Positions 1 through 13,907 of a stretch of 64,000 bases of DNA are shown here, piece by piece (the stretch's first letter is position 1; each line of letters opens with the position of its first letter). The stretch lies in the NCBI RefSeq assembly GCF_009914755.1, contig NC_060929.1; one strand, 5' to 3'. The notes under the pieces are model-generated. The model had not been told where the DNA came from, did no database searches, and saw nothing but the letters and a program-made list of their open reading frames with translations. The stretch comes from the human T2T-CHM13v2.0 reference genome, Homo sapiens. The translations under genes were made by a program, and so were the position numbers.

Positions 1-1207
1 ATTGTAAGACCTGAAGCTATAAAACAACTGGAAGAAAACATAGAGGAAATGCTTCAGGACATTGGTCTGAGAAAAGATTTTATGATTAAGAACTCAAAAA
101 TACAGGCAACTAATGCAAAAATAAGTAAATGGGATTACATAAAACTAAAATTCTTCTGCACAGCAAAGAAAAAAATTAACCAAGTGAACCAATAACCTGA
201 AGAATAGAATATTTGCAAAGCATTCATCTGATAAGGGATTAATATCCAGAATATACAGAGAACTCAAACAACTCAATAGCAAAAAATCAAATAATCCAAT
301 TTAAAAATGAGCCAACAGGTATATGGAAAAATGCTCAGCATCGCTGATAGAGAAATGCAAATAAAAACCACAATGAGATAACTCACCCCAGATACGATGG
401 CTACTATCAAAAAGACAATCTTATACACTGCTGGTGGTAATGTAAACTAGTACAGCCATTATCAACAGCAGTATAGAGATTCCTCAAAAAACTAAAAACA
501 GAACTACTGTACGATCCAGCAATCCCACAATTGGGAATTTATCCAAAGGAAAGCAAGTTAATATACTGAAGAGATATCTGCAGCCCCATGTTTATTACAG
601 CACTATTCACAATAGCCAAAATATGGAATCAACCTAAGTGTCCATCAATGGATGAATGGATTAAAAAATGTGGTATATATACACAATGGAATACTATCCA
701 GCCTTAAAAAAGAATGAAATTCTGTAATTTTACAGCAACATGGATGGAAATGGAGGACATTATGTTAAGTAAAATAAGCCAGGAACAGAAAGCTAAACAC
801 CATATGTTCTCACTCATAACAGAAGCTAAAACACTTGATCTCACAGAAGTAAAAAGCAGAACAGCGATTGCTAGAGGTTAGAAAGGGTAGGAGGAAGTTG
901 GGGATAGGCAGAAATTGGTTAAAGGATATAAAATTCCAGCTATGTAGGTGGAACAAGTTCTAGTTTTATAGCACTGTAGTGTTTTATAGCACTGCAGAAT
1001 GACTATAGTTAACAATGATATATTATATAGTTTCAGATAGCTACAAAAGATATATTAAATGTTCCCAACACAAAGAAATGATAAATGTTTGAGATGATAG
1101 ATATGATAATTACCCTGATCTGATCACTACACATTGTATGTACTGAAACATCACTATGTACCCCATAAATATGTACAATTATTATATGTCAGTTAAAAAT
1201 AAATAAA
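1..1207 (+). mobile_element. L1MA-type LINE-1 3' fragment (end of ORF2 + 3'UTR), with internal deletions
   Basis: L1 ORF2 3' sequence (AAAACCACAATGAGATA, CCCATGTTTATTACAGCACTATTCACAATAGCCAAAATATGGAATCAACCTAAGTGTCC) and L1MA-type 3'UTR (ACAAAGAAATGATAAATGTTTGAG...TATGTACCCCATAAATATGTAC) ending in an A-rich tail; subfamily assigned by eye. Confidence 0.85.
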
Positions 1208-1801
1208 TTTGAGAAATTACTTTCAAATACGGATGTATTTTACTCACCATAAAATTCAGATATGCTTTTGAAAATATGACATGGGAAGTTTAGCTCAGAA
1301 GTATATTTCATAGTAAGTTACTCTAACAAGTTTTTCTGTAGAGGGAACACCAGAGGACTAGAAAACAATGTCAAGTAGGTTTAGGCTGACACCATGTGAA
1401 GAGACAACAGAGCTTTTGAGATCACCTGGGGAAAGGTCGAGGGAAGATGAGCAGGGAGGAGGGGAAAGTGAAGTTCTTGCCAACGTTAAATGATTATTTA
1501 TTCAGTTGAATGGGAAAGTCACACTGCAAGCCCCAGAAAATAATGCCTCACAATTTAGTTGGCAAATGACACCACCCACAGAATGACAGGGAAAGAAAAA
1601 AACACAAAAGCACACACTTTAGTGGAGAAGGTCCCAAGCTGAAAGCCATAGAAAAGGACTTTGGAGGAAAGCATTCTGCTTCATTTCTGTCAACCTCTTC
1701 CAAACTAAAATCTGAGGTAAAGCTATTTTTCAACTTGTACCTTCATGATTACCTAGAATCACTAAGAACATAGTTCTAAGAATAAATCATTTTAGTGGAT
1801 A

Positions 1802-2332
1802 CAGCAGTACATCCCCCCACTTATTTGTGGGTTCACTTTCTGCAGTTACAGTTACCCTTGGTCAACCATGGCCCGAAAATATAAAATGGAAAATTCCAGA
1901 AACAAAGAATTCATAAGTTTTAAACTGTGCACCGTTCTGATGATGAAATCTCATGCTGTCCCACTCCATCCTACTTGGACATGCATCCTCTGCTTGTGCA
2001 GCACGTCTATGCTGTCTACATTCCCTGCCTGTCAGTCACTTAGTAGCCCTCTGCATTATCAGATCAACTGTTGCCAGAATCGAAGGAACCCTTACTTTAC
2101 TTAATAATGGCCCTAAGAGTAGTGATGCTGGCATATTGTTATAATTGTTCTACTTTTATTATTAGTTATTGTTGTTAATCTCTACTGTGCCTAATTTATA
2201 AATTAAACTTTACCATAAGTATATACATGTAGGAAAAAAACATAGTACATATAGCTTTTATTACTAACCATAGTTTCAGGTATCCACTGTGGGACTTAGA
2301 ACACATTCCCTGCAGACAAGGGTGAACTACTG
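1802..2332 (+). mobile_element. MER44-type (Tigger7-derived) non-autonomous DNA transposon
   Basis: Matches recalled MER44 consensus (GTTACCCTTGGTCAACCATGGCCCGAAAAT...GGAAAATTCCAGAAAC); degenerate termini CAG.AGT..CCCCC ... AAGGGTGAACTACTG. Confidence 0.7.
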
Positions 2333-2404
2333 TTATGAGTTCAAATGAAAAATTATGTGTATTGTACACAAAAAAATTTATTTTTTAAATGAATTTGTAC
2401 TGCA

Positions 2405-3350
2405 CAATCTACAGAATGGGAGAAAATTTTTGCAATCTACCCATCTGACAAAGGACTAATATCCAGAATCTACAAAGAACTTAAACAAATTTACAAGAAA
2501 AAAACAACCTCATCAAAAAGTGGGCAAAGGATATGAACAGATACTTCTCAAAAGAAGACATTTATGTAGCCAACAGACACATGAAAAAATGTTCATCATC
2601 ACTGGTCATCAGAGAAATGCAATCAAAACCACAATGAGATACCATCTCATGCCAGTTAGAATGGAGATCATTAAAAAGGCAGGAAACAACAGATGCTGGA
2701 GAGGATGTGGAGAAATAGGAATGCTTTTACACTGTTGGTGGGAGTGTAAATTAATTCAACCACTGTGGAAGACAGTGTGGCGATTTCTCAAGGATCTAGA
2801 ACTAGAAATACCATTTGACCCAGTGATCCCATTATTGGGTATATACCCAAAGGATTATAAATCATGCTACTAAGACACATGAACACCTATATGTATTGCG
2901 GCACTATTCACAATAGCAAATAGAAAGGCACTATTCACCAACCCAAATGTCCATCAATGATAGACTGGATTAAGAAAATGTGGTACATATACACCATGGA
3001 ATACTATGCAGCCATAAAAAAGGATGAGTTCATGTCCTTTGCAGGGACATGGGTGAAGCTGGAAACCACCATTCTCAGCAAACTATCACAAGGATAGAAA
3101 ACCAAACACCGCATGTTCTCACTCTTAGGTGTGAATTGAACAATGAGAACACTTGGACGCAGGGAGGGGAACATCACGCACTGGGGCCTGTCAGGTGGTG
3201 GGGGGCTGGGGAGGGATAGCATTAGGAGAAATACCTAATGTAAATGATGAGTTGATGGGTGCAGCAAACCAACATGGCACTTGTATACCTATGTAACAAA
3301 CCTGCACGTTGTGCACATGTACCCTAGAACTTAAAGTATGATAAAAAAAA
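2405..3350 (+). mobile_element. 5'-truncated L1PA (primate-specific LINE-1) with poly(A)
   Basis: ORF 2520-2873 is the L1 ORF2p C-terminus ([36 protein letters not shown]); L1PA 3'UTR ending GTACCCTAGAACTTAAAGTAT + A tail; candidate TSD AAATGAATT at 2387-2395 / 3349-3357. Confidence 0.92.
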
Positions 3351-3488
3351 ATGAATTATCCCAGTTTGCAATTTAGTCTTATAAGTATCTTCATTTTTAG
3401 AAGATATGTCAAATTAAAAATGGTGTCCTTAAAACTGCAATCAATTAAAAAAACTAAAGTTGAGTATTACTCAAACTTCCCTCTTGTA

Positions 3489-3803
3489 CAGATGCTTCTC
3501 AACTTACAAGGGGTTTATATGTCTTTATGAACAGAACATAAGTTGAAAATATCGTATACCAAAATGCTTTAATACACCTAGAACATCATAGTTTAGCTTA
3601 GCCTATCTCAAACATGCTCAGAACACTTATATTAGCTTACCATGGGGCAATCTCATCTAATACAAAGCCTATTTTACAATAAAGTGTTGAATATCTCATG
3701 TAACTTATTGCATACTATGCTGAAAGTGAAAATCAGAATGGTTGTATGGGTACCATCATAAAGTTGAAAAAAGTCAAACCATCATTAAGTCGAGGACTAT
3801 CTA
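3489..3803 (+). mobile_element. MER47-type (Tigger family) DNA transposon
   Basis: TA-CAGATGCTTCTCAACTTAC start; internal AACATCATAGTTTAGCTTAGCCTA...TAAAGTGTTGAATATCTCATGTAA; end AAGTCGAGGACTATCT. Confidence 0.7.
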
Positions 3804-4049
3804 CACTAAGCTCTCTTGAAACTTGACATAATAAGCTTATATCAAAGAACTTTGATATCTGTATCTTTTTTCATCCTCAAACAAAATGAATAACTTTTTT
3901 TTAGTTTTTAAATTTTATAGGAAAAAAATCTGAGAGGGATATATTCAGCTCAAATGACAACCAGCATCCTACTTTATTCCTAGTGTAGAAGATAAAGACT
4001 GGATTATTAGAGGCCAAAACTTCTAAATATTCATTCCTTCATTAACTTA

Positions 4050-4890
4050 TTCACTCATTTGTTCATTTGCTTTACAAAACAGGGTCTCTACCTTCATGGA
4101 GTTTATATTCTAGTAGGGGAGGCAGATAAAAACAAGTAGACAAATGAGCAAATTACATAAGATTGTGAAGCCACGTGCGGCAGCTCATGCCTGCAATCCC
4201 AGCACTTTGGGAGACCAAGGCGGGCAGATCACCTGAGGTCAGGAGTATAAGACCAGCCTGGCCAACATGGTGAAACCCCATCTCTACTAAAAATACAAAA
4301 ATTAGCCAGGTATGGTGGTGGGCGCCTGTAATCCTAGCTGCTAGAGAGGCTGAGGCAGGAGAATCGCTTGAACCCAGGAGGTGGAGGTTGCAGTGAGCCA
4401 AGATCATGACAGTGCACTCCAGCCTGGGTGACAGAGCGAGACTTCATCTCAAAAAATAAATAAACAAATAAATAAAATAAAAATAAAAAAAAGATTATGG
4501 CAAGTACCATGAAGGAAACAAAAATGGGGCAGAAACAGAAAATTGGTGGTAGTGCAGGGGATCCTAACAGATGAGATGGGGTAGTCCTGGGAGGCACCTA
4601 TGAAGAGGAGACATTCAAAGGCCTGAATGGAAAGGATGTCACCATACAAACTGAAGATGTGTGATCCAAGTGGAGGGAACAGCAAATGCAAAGGACCAGA
4701 GGTGGGAATGGGACTGGCTCATTAGACTAACAACATGGAAGCCAGTATGGCTGGAAAATTGAGTGAGGGCCAGAGGGTAAGTAATGAGGTCACAAAGATA
4801 AGCAGGCCCAATCACCCAATGCCCTGTAAGCCATGGTAGTCTTGGGATTGTCTTCCAAGCAAAGGGAAACCATGGAGAGCAAGATGAACC
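4050..4890 (-). mobile_element. L2 LINE fragment interrupted by an Alu
   Basis: L2-like motifs (TCTCTACCTTCATGGAGTTTATATTCTAGT; GAGGGAACAGCAAATGCAAAGG) on both sides of the Alu. Confidence 0.55.
4168..4491 (+). mobile_element. AluS element
   Basis: Dimeric Alu with central TACTAAAAATACAAAAATTAGCC and A-rich tail; TSD-like AAGATT(G/A)TG on both sides. Confidence 0.95.
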
Positions 4891-5399
4891 TGAGTCTAAT
4901 CCTAGCTTAGCCACTTTGTAGCTATGTGACCTAAGCAAATTACTAGCTCCTCTTGGATGCTAAAATCCTAATTTACAAAAGGGTACTCAATAAATAATGG
5001 CCATTTACATTCATCAGTAATTATCAGTATTGTTAATGCTATGAAATATAAAGTTAATAAAAAATTTTATATTCAAATAGCCTATACTGCAAAATAATAT
5101 GCCAGAAATATAGAATTATTAAGAAATAAGCAAATTATTTTAATCTTTTTCATTCAGAAAAGATCATACACTTATTTAGTACAAATAGATATAAATTAGT
5201 ACATTCAAGTTCATTAGGGTTTATTGTGGTTCTACTCAGAATAATTATTGATTTTGGCACATTCCTCTGTCCTTAATTAGTCTGCATTGTGCCTTTTCTC
5301 TTGCCTAGGCCTTGCCATTTTGTATCCAGATAGTAATGAGGAGAATTTCATAGTTATTTTCCAAGTCACGACAAGTAGTAGACACACTGCCTGCCAACA

Positions 5400-5895
5400 T
5401 CTACCCCCCTACCCCATCCCCCAACATACCTATACATACTTCTTTGTTGCTAACAGAATCCTAACTTTGTTCAAGTACATCTCCTCCCTCCCTCAGGCAA
5501 TGATGGTGGTCCTTTGTTAGTGACACTGACAGACGGACATGCAAAGCAGTTCTGATCAGTGAGTTGAGAAGTCCTCTGGGATTCTTCTTAGCAATAATTT
5601 CATATTCTTCAAAAGGAGATCTTGGAACGGGGGCAGCTATGTGCTGTAGATATTGTCTTGTCTCCAAGTAACATCTAAACTGCTGAAGCCATCTTGCAAA
5701 TAAGAAAATAACCAGTCTTAGACTGGAATGGTCCCTGAGGACAACAGAGGCAGAGAGATGAAAGGACCCTGTTTCCTTGATGACATCACTGTGCCACTGA
5801 ATCAACCAATCCTGCCACCTGCCTTACTTTTCGCATGAGATAATACACGTCCTTACTGTTTATGTCAATTTGAGTTGGAGTCTTTTGTTTTGTAT
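5400..5895 (+). mobile_element. Old MaLR LTR (MLT1-type) fragment
   Basis: MLT1-like 3' end (GATGACATCACTGTGCCACTGAATCAACC...GAGATAATA...CCTTACTGTTTA...TTTGAGTTGG). Confidence 0.5.
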
Positions 5896-6506
5896 GCAGG
5901 AGATATACTATCAAGTGTACCACATTACTTCCATGTGGACATTTCCATTTGGAAGTATCACTAATTTCTTTGTCTCTTAGAAGGTCTAGGACAGGAACTA
6001 GGACTCTGATTCTAGCCCAGTGATCTCAAGAATCCTGGGATAGGAGATGAGACAGCTTTTTAATTTACAACACTGGCATAGTCACCCAGAAAAGCCCAAG
6101 GGGAAACACCCTAGAAATCACAATAGAAAGATGGTACTTTAGCATGAGTAGCCAGTACCAAATAATCTCTGTCTGTGGCTTTCCCTACGTGCTTAATAAC
6201 TTTGACTTTCACCTCCCACCTGTCTGAGACATCTGTTCTTCTCCCTAAACAAAGCATACTTTTCATTGGTCTTCTGTTGCTATAAAGCAGCCAACTCAGC
6301 TCTTATCCAATTACAGGAGTTTCAATAGAGATCACATAGGAGTATCACAGATCCCAGGCACAGGCCAGATGTTAAGGAAGCAAAAACAGCTTCACACTGT
6401 TTAGGGACAAGAGGATTAAAGTGGAGAAGTACTCCAGAGAAGAGGTGCAATGTTGTAAGGAGGTAGACTTACCTGAACAGAAAAGAGGAAAAAAATCTTG
6501 ACCATC

Positions 6507-7185
6507 TGTTATGGTCTAAATATTTATATCTCCCCAAAAAGACATTGAATCCTAATCCCCAATGTGATAGTATTAGAAGGTGGGACCTTTGAGAATTGAT
6601 TATGAGCCCTCCTGAATGGGATTAGTGCCCTTATAAAAAGAGACCCTAGGCTGGTTGTGGTGGCTCATGCCTGTAATCCCAGCACTTTGGGAGGCCAAGT
6701 TGGGCAGATCCCTTGAGCTCAGGAGTTCATGATCAGACTGAGCAACATGGTGAAACCATGTCTCTACAAAAAATGGAGAAATTAGCTGGGCATGGTAGCG
6801 CGCATTTGTGATCACAGCTACTCGGGAAGCTATGGTGGGAGAACTGCTTGAGCTCGGGAGGTTAAGACTGCAGAGCCGAGACTGTGCCACTCTACTCCAG
6901 CCTGGGCAACACGGCGAGACCTTGTCTCAAATAAATAAATAAATAAATAAAAATAATAAAATAAAATAAAAATAAAAAGAGACCCTGGAGAGCTAGCTAG
7001 CCCTTTCTGCCACGTGAAGTTATGGTGAAAAGGCACCATCTGTGGGGAAGAAGGCCCTCCCCAGACACCAAATCTGCTGGCACCTTGATCTTGAACTTCC
7101 CAGCATCCAAAACTGTGAGTAACAAATTTCTGCTATTTATAAGTTACTTGATCTATTTGTTACAGCAACCCAAACAGACTAAGAT
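6507..7185 (+). mobile_element. MST-type MaLR LTR split by an Alu
   Basis: TGTTATGGTCTAAAT start; ATGGGATTAGTGCCCTTATAAAA; CAAATCTGCTGGCACCTTGATCTTGAACTTCCCAG; end AAACAGACTAAGA. Confidence 0.8.
6649..6978 (+). mobile_element. AluJ element nested in the MST LTR
   Basis: Dimeric Alu with J-like divergence, (TAAA)n tail, TSD TAAAAAGAGACCCT on both sides. Confidence 0.9.
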
Positions 7186-7619
7186 ATCATCAACTGACAC
7201 TGGCTTTTTTTTTCAGCCATGTAGAGTTTTAAAAAGTGAAAATATTAGGGACCAGAAAAAATATCCATTTAATACCCACCCCCCACCAACACACACACTA
7301 TGGAGGAAAGGGATGGAGTAGGATTATTGCTTGGGGAACTGAGGTGGGGGTTAGAAATGAAGTCAAATAAAAGATTACATCAATGTCTAGTGGTTCACAA
7401 CATGCAAAAAGCAGGATGGCAAGAAACCAAATTAACCATTCCAGTCTAATAAGAATTTTTCCTACAAGAAAATTATAGAATTATAAATTTTGCATGTAAC
7501 AGAGAGCAGAAAATATAATACACACAGATTTCATAATTTCATACAGTATTTGAGAAGCATTACTTGGAAAATGGGGTGAACATTATAACTGGTGAAAATT
7601 TGCTAAGAGACCATAATTA

Positions 7620-7800
7620 AAACAGAATAGTAAATGGTGCCTTAGCTCTTGAAACGGTCACTATCGGGATTCCATTTAATGTCTTCATTGCTAATTTGCA
7701 GTGCAAGTGGAAATTCATTCAATGTAAGGATGGTATCTAACTGTGAGATGTTGCCAGGGGCAGGAAAGTGGTAGAAAAATAAATGAAGAGGTTAGAAACA
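7620..7800 (+). mobile_element. Possible ancient CR1/L3 reverse-transcriptase remnant
   Basis: TTTAATGTCTTCATTGCTAATTTG resembles the CR1 RT FNIFINDL motif, followed by GATGGTATCTAACTG (ADDTKL-like); highly decayed. Confidence 0.3.
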
Positions 7801-9239
7801 ACACAACTTAATTAGGTAGATCACCCAAAACACAAAAAATAGAGTAAAATAAATGAAGAAAAACCCGAAACTCACTGGCAATAATTCTGAAGGGAATGAA
7901 AAAAGTGACAAATGTTGACATTAGCTATAAAAGTAATAACTTAGCCTCAAAAGACAAACAGACCATAGCTAGTGAAAACAACAAATTAAGAATCTATCAA
8001 CAAAAGACACACCAGTCCACATGTCCTGTTTTTAAAGAAATCAGGGTAGGCCTGCCCTTCTCCATATTCTGTGTATACTTGTTTTTGTTTTATAGAAAAC
8101 CTCATCTTGTTGTAATAAATATGTGTGTTGCTATTTGAGCCATATGATCTTGTTTCTCAATGATAGATAAGTGAGCGGGAGGTGGTAAGAGTAATTAGAC
8201 AAATAAGGGGGAGGTATCACTGGCAAGGATGGGCAATGTTGGTGAGAACTAAGGTTTTGTGAGGCTAATCACTTTTTTACTGTGTAGGCTGTCAGAGCAT
8301 GTAATATCCCATCGGAAAATCACATTGGAATGCTCTAAGCAAGTCCTTTGAGAATGGTCAAAAATGCATTACTCTCGAAGGGAAAAGATTAATGGTGACA
8401 CTGATGGTAACAGAGCTTTTATAAAGTGGAGTTCTTACCTGAAAAGATGGGGAAAGAGAATATCAAAGGAAGGACAACAGTATTGGAAGTTGGAGGCTGA
8501 ATTAAGGAGTAAGTTGAAATTAGGGAAACAAAAGGTAAGAACTTTCTGACTGAGAACCTCAGTATGTGCAAAGTGTAAGAGGAACAAGATTTAATAGTTA
8601 GGACACTGAAAAGAAGATATGGGAAAATGCCAAAGCAAATTTCCACAGGGAGAACATCTACTAGTTGCAAGAAAGGGTCCGCACATAATTGGTTCTACAC
8701 TCTCATCTGGAACGTCCCTTGAGTCCTCCCAACCCCCGGATCCAAAGGCAAAAGCAGAAGCCCCAGGATATGCAGAAACAGGTACTCCTGATTTGCAAGA
8801 CCCAAGAGAAACCAGCATTTGAGTTCATGACCTAATCTGGGGTTGCTCATCTTCTATGTGGGCTTAAACATTTAAGTACCTCCTAGGCTTAACCATTCAA
8901 TTCTCTATTTTCTTCTTGGCAGGCAGATATGAGAAGAAAGCACCTGCATTAAGTGAGGCTCAATCTCCCAGATGAGACAGAAAATAGGGGACCTTGATCT
9001 CTTGCAATCATTTAAAGCCCCATAAGATCCAATAGAAAAAGGCTATCCTAATGGCCTCTTCAGGTAGTTAGGCTTAATTCAGCTGATCCTTGGTCTGTAC
9101 ACATGGACGCATGGTCTGTACACGACCTCAGTAACCCATTGTCCAGGACTAGTGTTTACCTAAGCCATCAGACCATGTGTTAAACATGACTATGTAGAGG
9201 GTGCTTTCTAAACAAAAGGAGATTTATAAATGAAAACTA

Positions 9240-9462
9240 CAGTCTTCCCTCAGTATACACGAGGGACTGGTTGCAGGACATCCATATATAATGAAATCCA
9301 CCAATATAAGTCCCCTATTTGGTCCTGAGGAATCCATGTACATATAAAAACTCTGTCCTCCCTATATGTGGCTTTCAAACCCTGCCAATACTGTATTTTT
9401 GATCTGCTTATATAAGTGGACCTGTACAGTTCAAACCTGTACAGTTGTTCAAGGGTCAACTG
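9240..9462 (+). mobile_element. MER8 (Tigger family) MITE
   Basis: TA|CAGTCTTCCCTCAGTATAC...TTGTTCAAGGGTCAACTG|TA: TIR-like ends flanked by TA target duplication. Confidence 0.75.
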
Positions 9463-9528
9463 TATTATAAAAATTAGTTTATAAAATAAAAAATTGCTGG
9501 AATTATTTTTTTTAAAAAGTTTCCCTCA

Positions 9529-9816
9529 GGCTGGGCATGGTGGCTCACACCTGTAACCCCAGCACTTTGGGAAGCTGAGGTGGGCAGATCACTTGAGGTC
9601 AGGAGTTCAAGACTAGCCTGGCCAACATGGCGAAACCCGATTTCTACTAAAAAATACAAAAATTAGCCAGGTGTGGTGGTGCATGCGTGTAATCCCAGCT
9701 ACTCGGAAGGCTGAGGCAGGAGAATCACTTGAACCAGGAGGTGGAGGTTGCAGTGAGCTGAGATTGCGCCGCTGCACTCTAGCCTGGGTGACATAGCGAG
9801 ATTCTGTCTCAAAAAA

Positions 9817-9859
<43 letters not shown>

Positions 9860-9875
9860 AAATAAAAAATAAAAA
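9529..9875 (+). mobile_element. AluS element with (TAAA)n microsatellite tail
   Basis: Full dimer; TSD AAAAAG(T/G)TTCCCTCA before and after; long TAAA array about 9815-9860. Confidence 0.95.
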
Positions 9876-12800
9876 AAGGTTCCCTCAACAAATGTCAAGC
9901 TTCCCCTTCGTGCTGAACTTCAGACATTAGCAGCCTCCAGGTCAAGCACCATTTTGCTCTTCAAAGGCCCCTAAACCTCCCACAGCCAAAGCTTAGTCAC
10001 CTGCATTGGATGACAAAAGGAACCAAGCCATTTTCAACTTCAAATGACATTACAGTGAAGCTGTCCCAAGTTTCAAAGTAGGACTCATGAGTCAGCTGCC
10101 TTTTCAAGATATGACAAGGGGTATGGGAACAAAAGAGAAATCAGGGGAGATGACCTAGCCTAGGGTGGGAGTTGAAGACATCCTTAGAGAAGACACATAG
10201 GAAGGTAGTGAGAGGAGGAGGCAAGGTAGAAATGAAACAGAGGGACTTTGGAGATGGATGGAGCAGGAATGGATGATATAATAATTCTATGAAGTGCTGA
10301 GATCACTGCTAAAGTTGACAGTTGAACACTAGGATTCACTTACTGCTACCATTCAAACTTTTGGTGAACTATCTTTATGCATATCCTTTTAAGGCCTTGT
10401 AAATGTTCACTTGTAATTCTTTGTAGCCTCTAGCACACCCAGCAACTCTTTCTTGAGTAACCTTGCTTGAGAAGCTACAAGATGAAAAGTGTGGTCCCTT
10501 GCCTCAAGGGGCTCCAAGAGGGAGAATACAGCAGATAAGGGTTCTGCCTGAAGAAGACATCAGGTCAAACGGGGACAGGGAAAAGCTTCCCAAAGGCATT
10601 AATATTTGAACTGAATCCTGAATTGGCTAAGTAGAGAAGTACTACCCATGATAGGTACTCAATTAGTATTTGTTAATTAATTTCAGCTCACTTTCATTCG
10701 TAAAGATTACCTGAAATATCACTGAAGGACTGGGAGCTAGTTCTTATCACCACTGTTTTCATTATTGTCAATTAAAAAGATAAGTCTATCTATTTTAGTG
10801 TTCAAGGGTATAATCTGAAAAAGTACCACATCTTACCTTTGGCAGGGGTGGGGGAGTGTACTCATAATTTTCCCAATTATGAGTTCTCTTGTTGTTCTAT
10901 GATTTCACAGCAAAAAGTTTTAAAAGCCTTCAAAACCAGCACATTTTGCTCACTTGAAATATGTTTATATTTTAGCATAAAATATACTCGGCAGCTCCTA
11001 ACATAGTTGGATGGCTACGCATTGCAAAAACTTGATTTCTTTTTAATCAAATTTTTAGAACCACACTAGGTTTCTTGCCAGTACTGCAACAGTGAGCAAT
11101 AAATACATCATTAGATCAATGGTGGTCCAATGACGGATTACTCAAAAGATAGTTCCAGCCAAAAGGAATAAGCCAAGAAGTAACATTGTGCAGAGATTAA
11201 TAAAATATTGTTTAAAACACAGATACTGAGTTAATATAACAGGGAAGAAAACATTGCAAAATAGAACAAAACAGCCATAGGTTTATAATATAGTGATATT
11301 GATCACAGATTTTCCTAAGTACTCCAGGGCAGCCACACTATTATATATGCCTCTGATTAGACCCAGAGATGAGAAGGAAAAAGTTATTAAAAAAAAAAAA
11401 AAAAGAAAGAAACTAACCAGGGGAAGGCCTGCTGCTATAATAAATTATTTAAAGCAAGCAGGGTGAGCAGGTTGTGAGGACAATATAAAACAGAATCAAT
11501 GCCCCCAAGAAACCCCAAACCGTCTGCACCTCTATAAATTTCTTACCACCCTGTCTGGCATTTTACTGGAGGTATTTCTTTTCCACCATCCTACCCACCC
11601 CACCCCTGACCCTTCACTTTTTGCCCAGTTCTTTTCTCAGAGCTTAACATTTGTTTTCCTTCTGTAACCCAGGATGCTGTCTTCAGTTATATTTTTCAGC
11701 TTGTATCAGGAGAGTGTCTGTGAGGCCACAGATGAGTGCATCTGTCACTTCATTCATCTGAATCTTAAATTTCCCCACTGACACTGTAAGCTGGGAATAT
11801 CTAATATGACACACATATCAACATGACTTCAGTATTATCCTTCATCTTTTTCTTTCTTCTTACTACTGCTATCATTAAATCCACAAGCTTAAGCTGTTGT
11901 GAAACTTCTGTAGCTCAATGACTGTCGTATATTAGAGGATATTACTAGACCCAAAAAGCTAAAGTGAAGGTTGGGAACTTAAGGGGGCATTTCGGAGGAG
12001 AAATGGTAAAATGGCTAAAATGGAAGAACTGGGAGATGTTAAGAGGGCAGACTGATTTAAAAAGTGAATTTTTTACAAGGAGATTTTGCTATGGGGATAA
12101 GGGTAAGAAAAGAAGCATAAAAAACTTGAAAAGAACTTGTCAAAGGAAAGTTAGATGCCAGAAGAATGCCATAGCTAAAAAAAAAAAAAAGTTATAATAG
12201 AATTGTTGCTTAGAAGCTTGCAATGACCTATGGCCCAGTTTCAAGAAAAGCAGCATTCTACTATAGTTTTTGTAACTGGGCAGAAATCAGTCCCATTGTA
12301 TGATCAGGGGCTGTGGATAGTATATTTTAGGCTTTTCCATTTTTCTAAGTCTATCCAATCACACAGAAGCTAGGCAAATAAAAGCAACCCTATTTTGCCA
12401 GAGTAAAAACATTAGCAGCTTAACATGACAACAGACAAAACAGCACAGGGCTAAAACACATGTCTAAAGGATTCTATACGTAGGCTTTGCCGCTTTTGTA
12501 ATCTGGGACTTTTAGCAAATTATTTGCCTCTCTGGGTCAAGACTGTCTGGTTAAGGTCAGGGTCATTGAACTAATTATTATATATGGTAGTTAACTTTAT
12601 AAAGAAAACTACTACAAGGTCACATTCAATATAAGAAACAATTTGAAGAAAAAGGTTAAAAAATTGTAGATGATATGAACGACTAAGCATAACCCTATCA
12701 TATCACCACGATCCTAAATCAAAACAATTTAAGTTGCAAGGCCAACTTCTCAGTTATTGGTGTCATCTTTGAATGTGAAAGACAAGATCTAAATATTATC

Positions 12801-13907
12801 CTTTTGTAGCTGCAGTTTGCTCATCTGTAACAAAGTGGAAAAAAATCATTGTCCTCAAAGGATTGTTAAGGTAAGTGACCTATCAACATGCCTGCCAAGT
12901 GCTTCTTTAAACAGAAATTACTCTGTAAAAGTTCCAGTGACGATCCAGTGGTCTGGAACAATCCAAGTTTAATACCCTGGCCTATACACATCCTTTTGTT
13001 ATCAGGATACTTCTCACCTCTGAAAGAAGTCATTTGTTTTTTTAGCTACTTGGATGGTAGAAAGAGGGAAGGGTAACTTCTGATAGATCCTTTCTCTTTC
13101 AAACCTTATTTAGTAGTCTTAAATGGAGAATTATGCCAGTCTGAAATGGGAGAACAGAATCCAAATGTCAGTATCAAATGATAAATAAAAAACTAATTGG
13201 CAATAACTAATAAAAATTCACAGTGCTCTCAGTGAAAGGGGAGGTAGCAAACAATTCTCAACCCACATCTCTGTGACAATGAGAAAATCTATTTACCCAA
13301 TTAATTGGGCAGCTCAAAATACTCCTAAGGTGACTTTCAGAAAGTAAGAATCTCTGGGCCTCTGGGTGGGTGGCCTGGGACACTCTTCCTGGCCACAAGC
13401 AAAATAGTCACAGCTTCCCAAGGCGATCATTGACCTCATATAGTCTGTAGTAGCCCAGCTGAGGTGCTGGGCTTTGTTCTAGAACAGCTTTTAAAGAGAA
13501 AAAGGGTGCCTCATGAAGATAAGGATTCTACCTTGCAGGAGGAAATGCTCAACCATGTGAATTAGGACTGGCAAAGTCACCCCAGAGCATCCCAGGACCC
13601 CACCGAACTCAGAGTGGGGGGTGAAGGAACTAAGACTGGGGTTTGTGGGGTGGGTCTTAAATTCATCAGGTCTTGTTTCATCAGGCAGACTTCCTTAGAA
13701 TCAGGGCCAACCTGGAATAGGGATAGCTGAGGATTCCAAAACACTTTCAGATGTAAGACAAAAGGGGTCCATTGTTGAAGACAGAGAGTTAATGCATTAC
13801 CTATAAATTTCACAAGGCCAGTAAATGCCACCTGGACATTTCTCAACAATTATTTGTTAAATCAACTCACAGACTATAACTGTTCTTTTATGTCATTAAC
13901 ACAATTC

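Noticed and set aside
963-997. Short local duplications (18-mer here; also near 9092-9123, 20139-20186, 47908-47968, 56674-56709)
   Set aside because: Ordinary slippage-type duplications; none forms a regularly spaced repeat-spacer array.
2520-2873. 117-aa ORF with Cys/His motif (similar ORFs at 40288-40773 and 41182-41505)
   Set aside because: Fragments of L1 ORF2p from truncated elements, not host genes.
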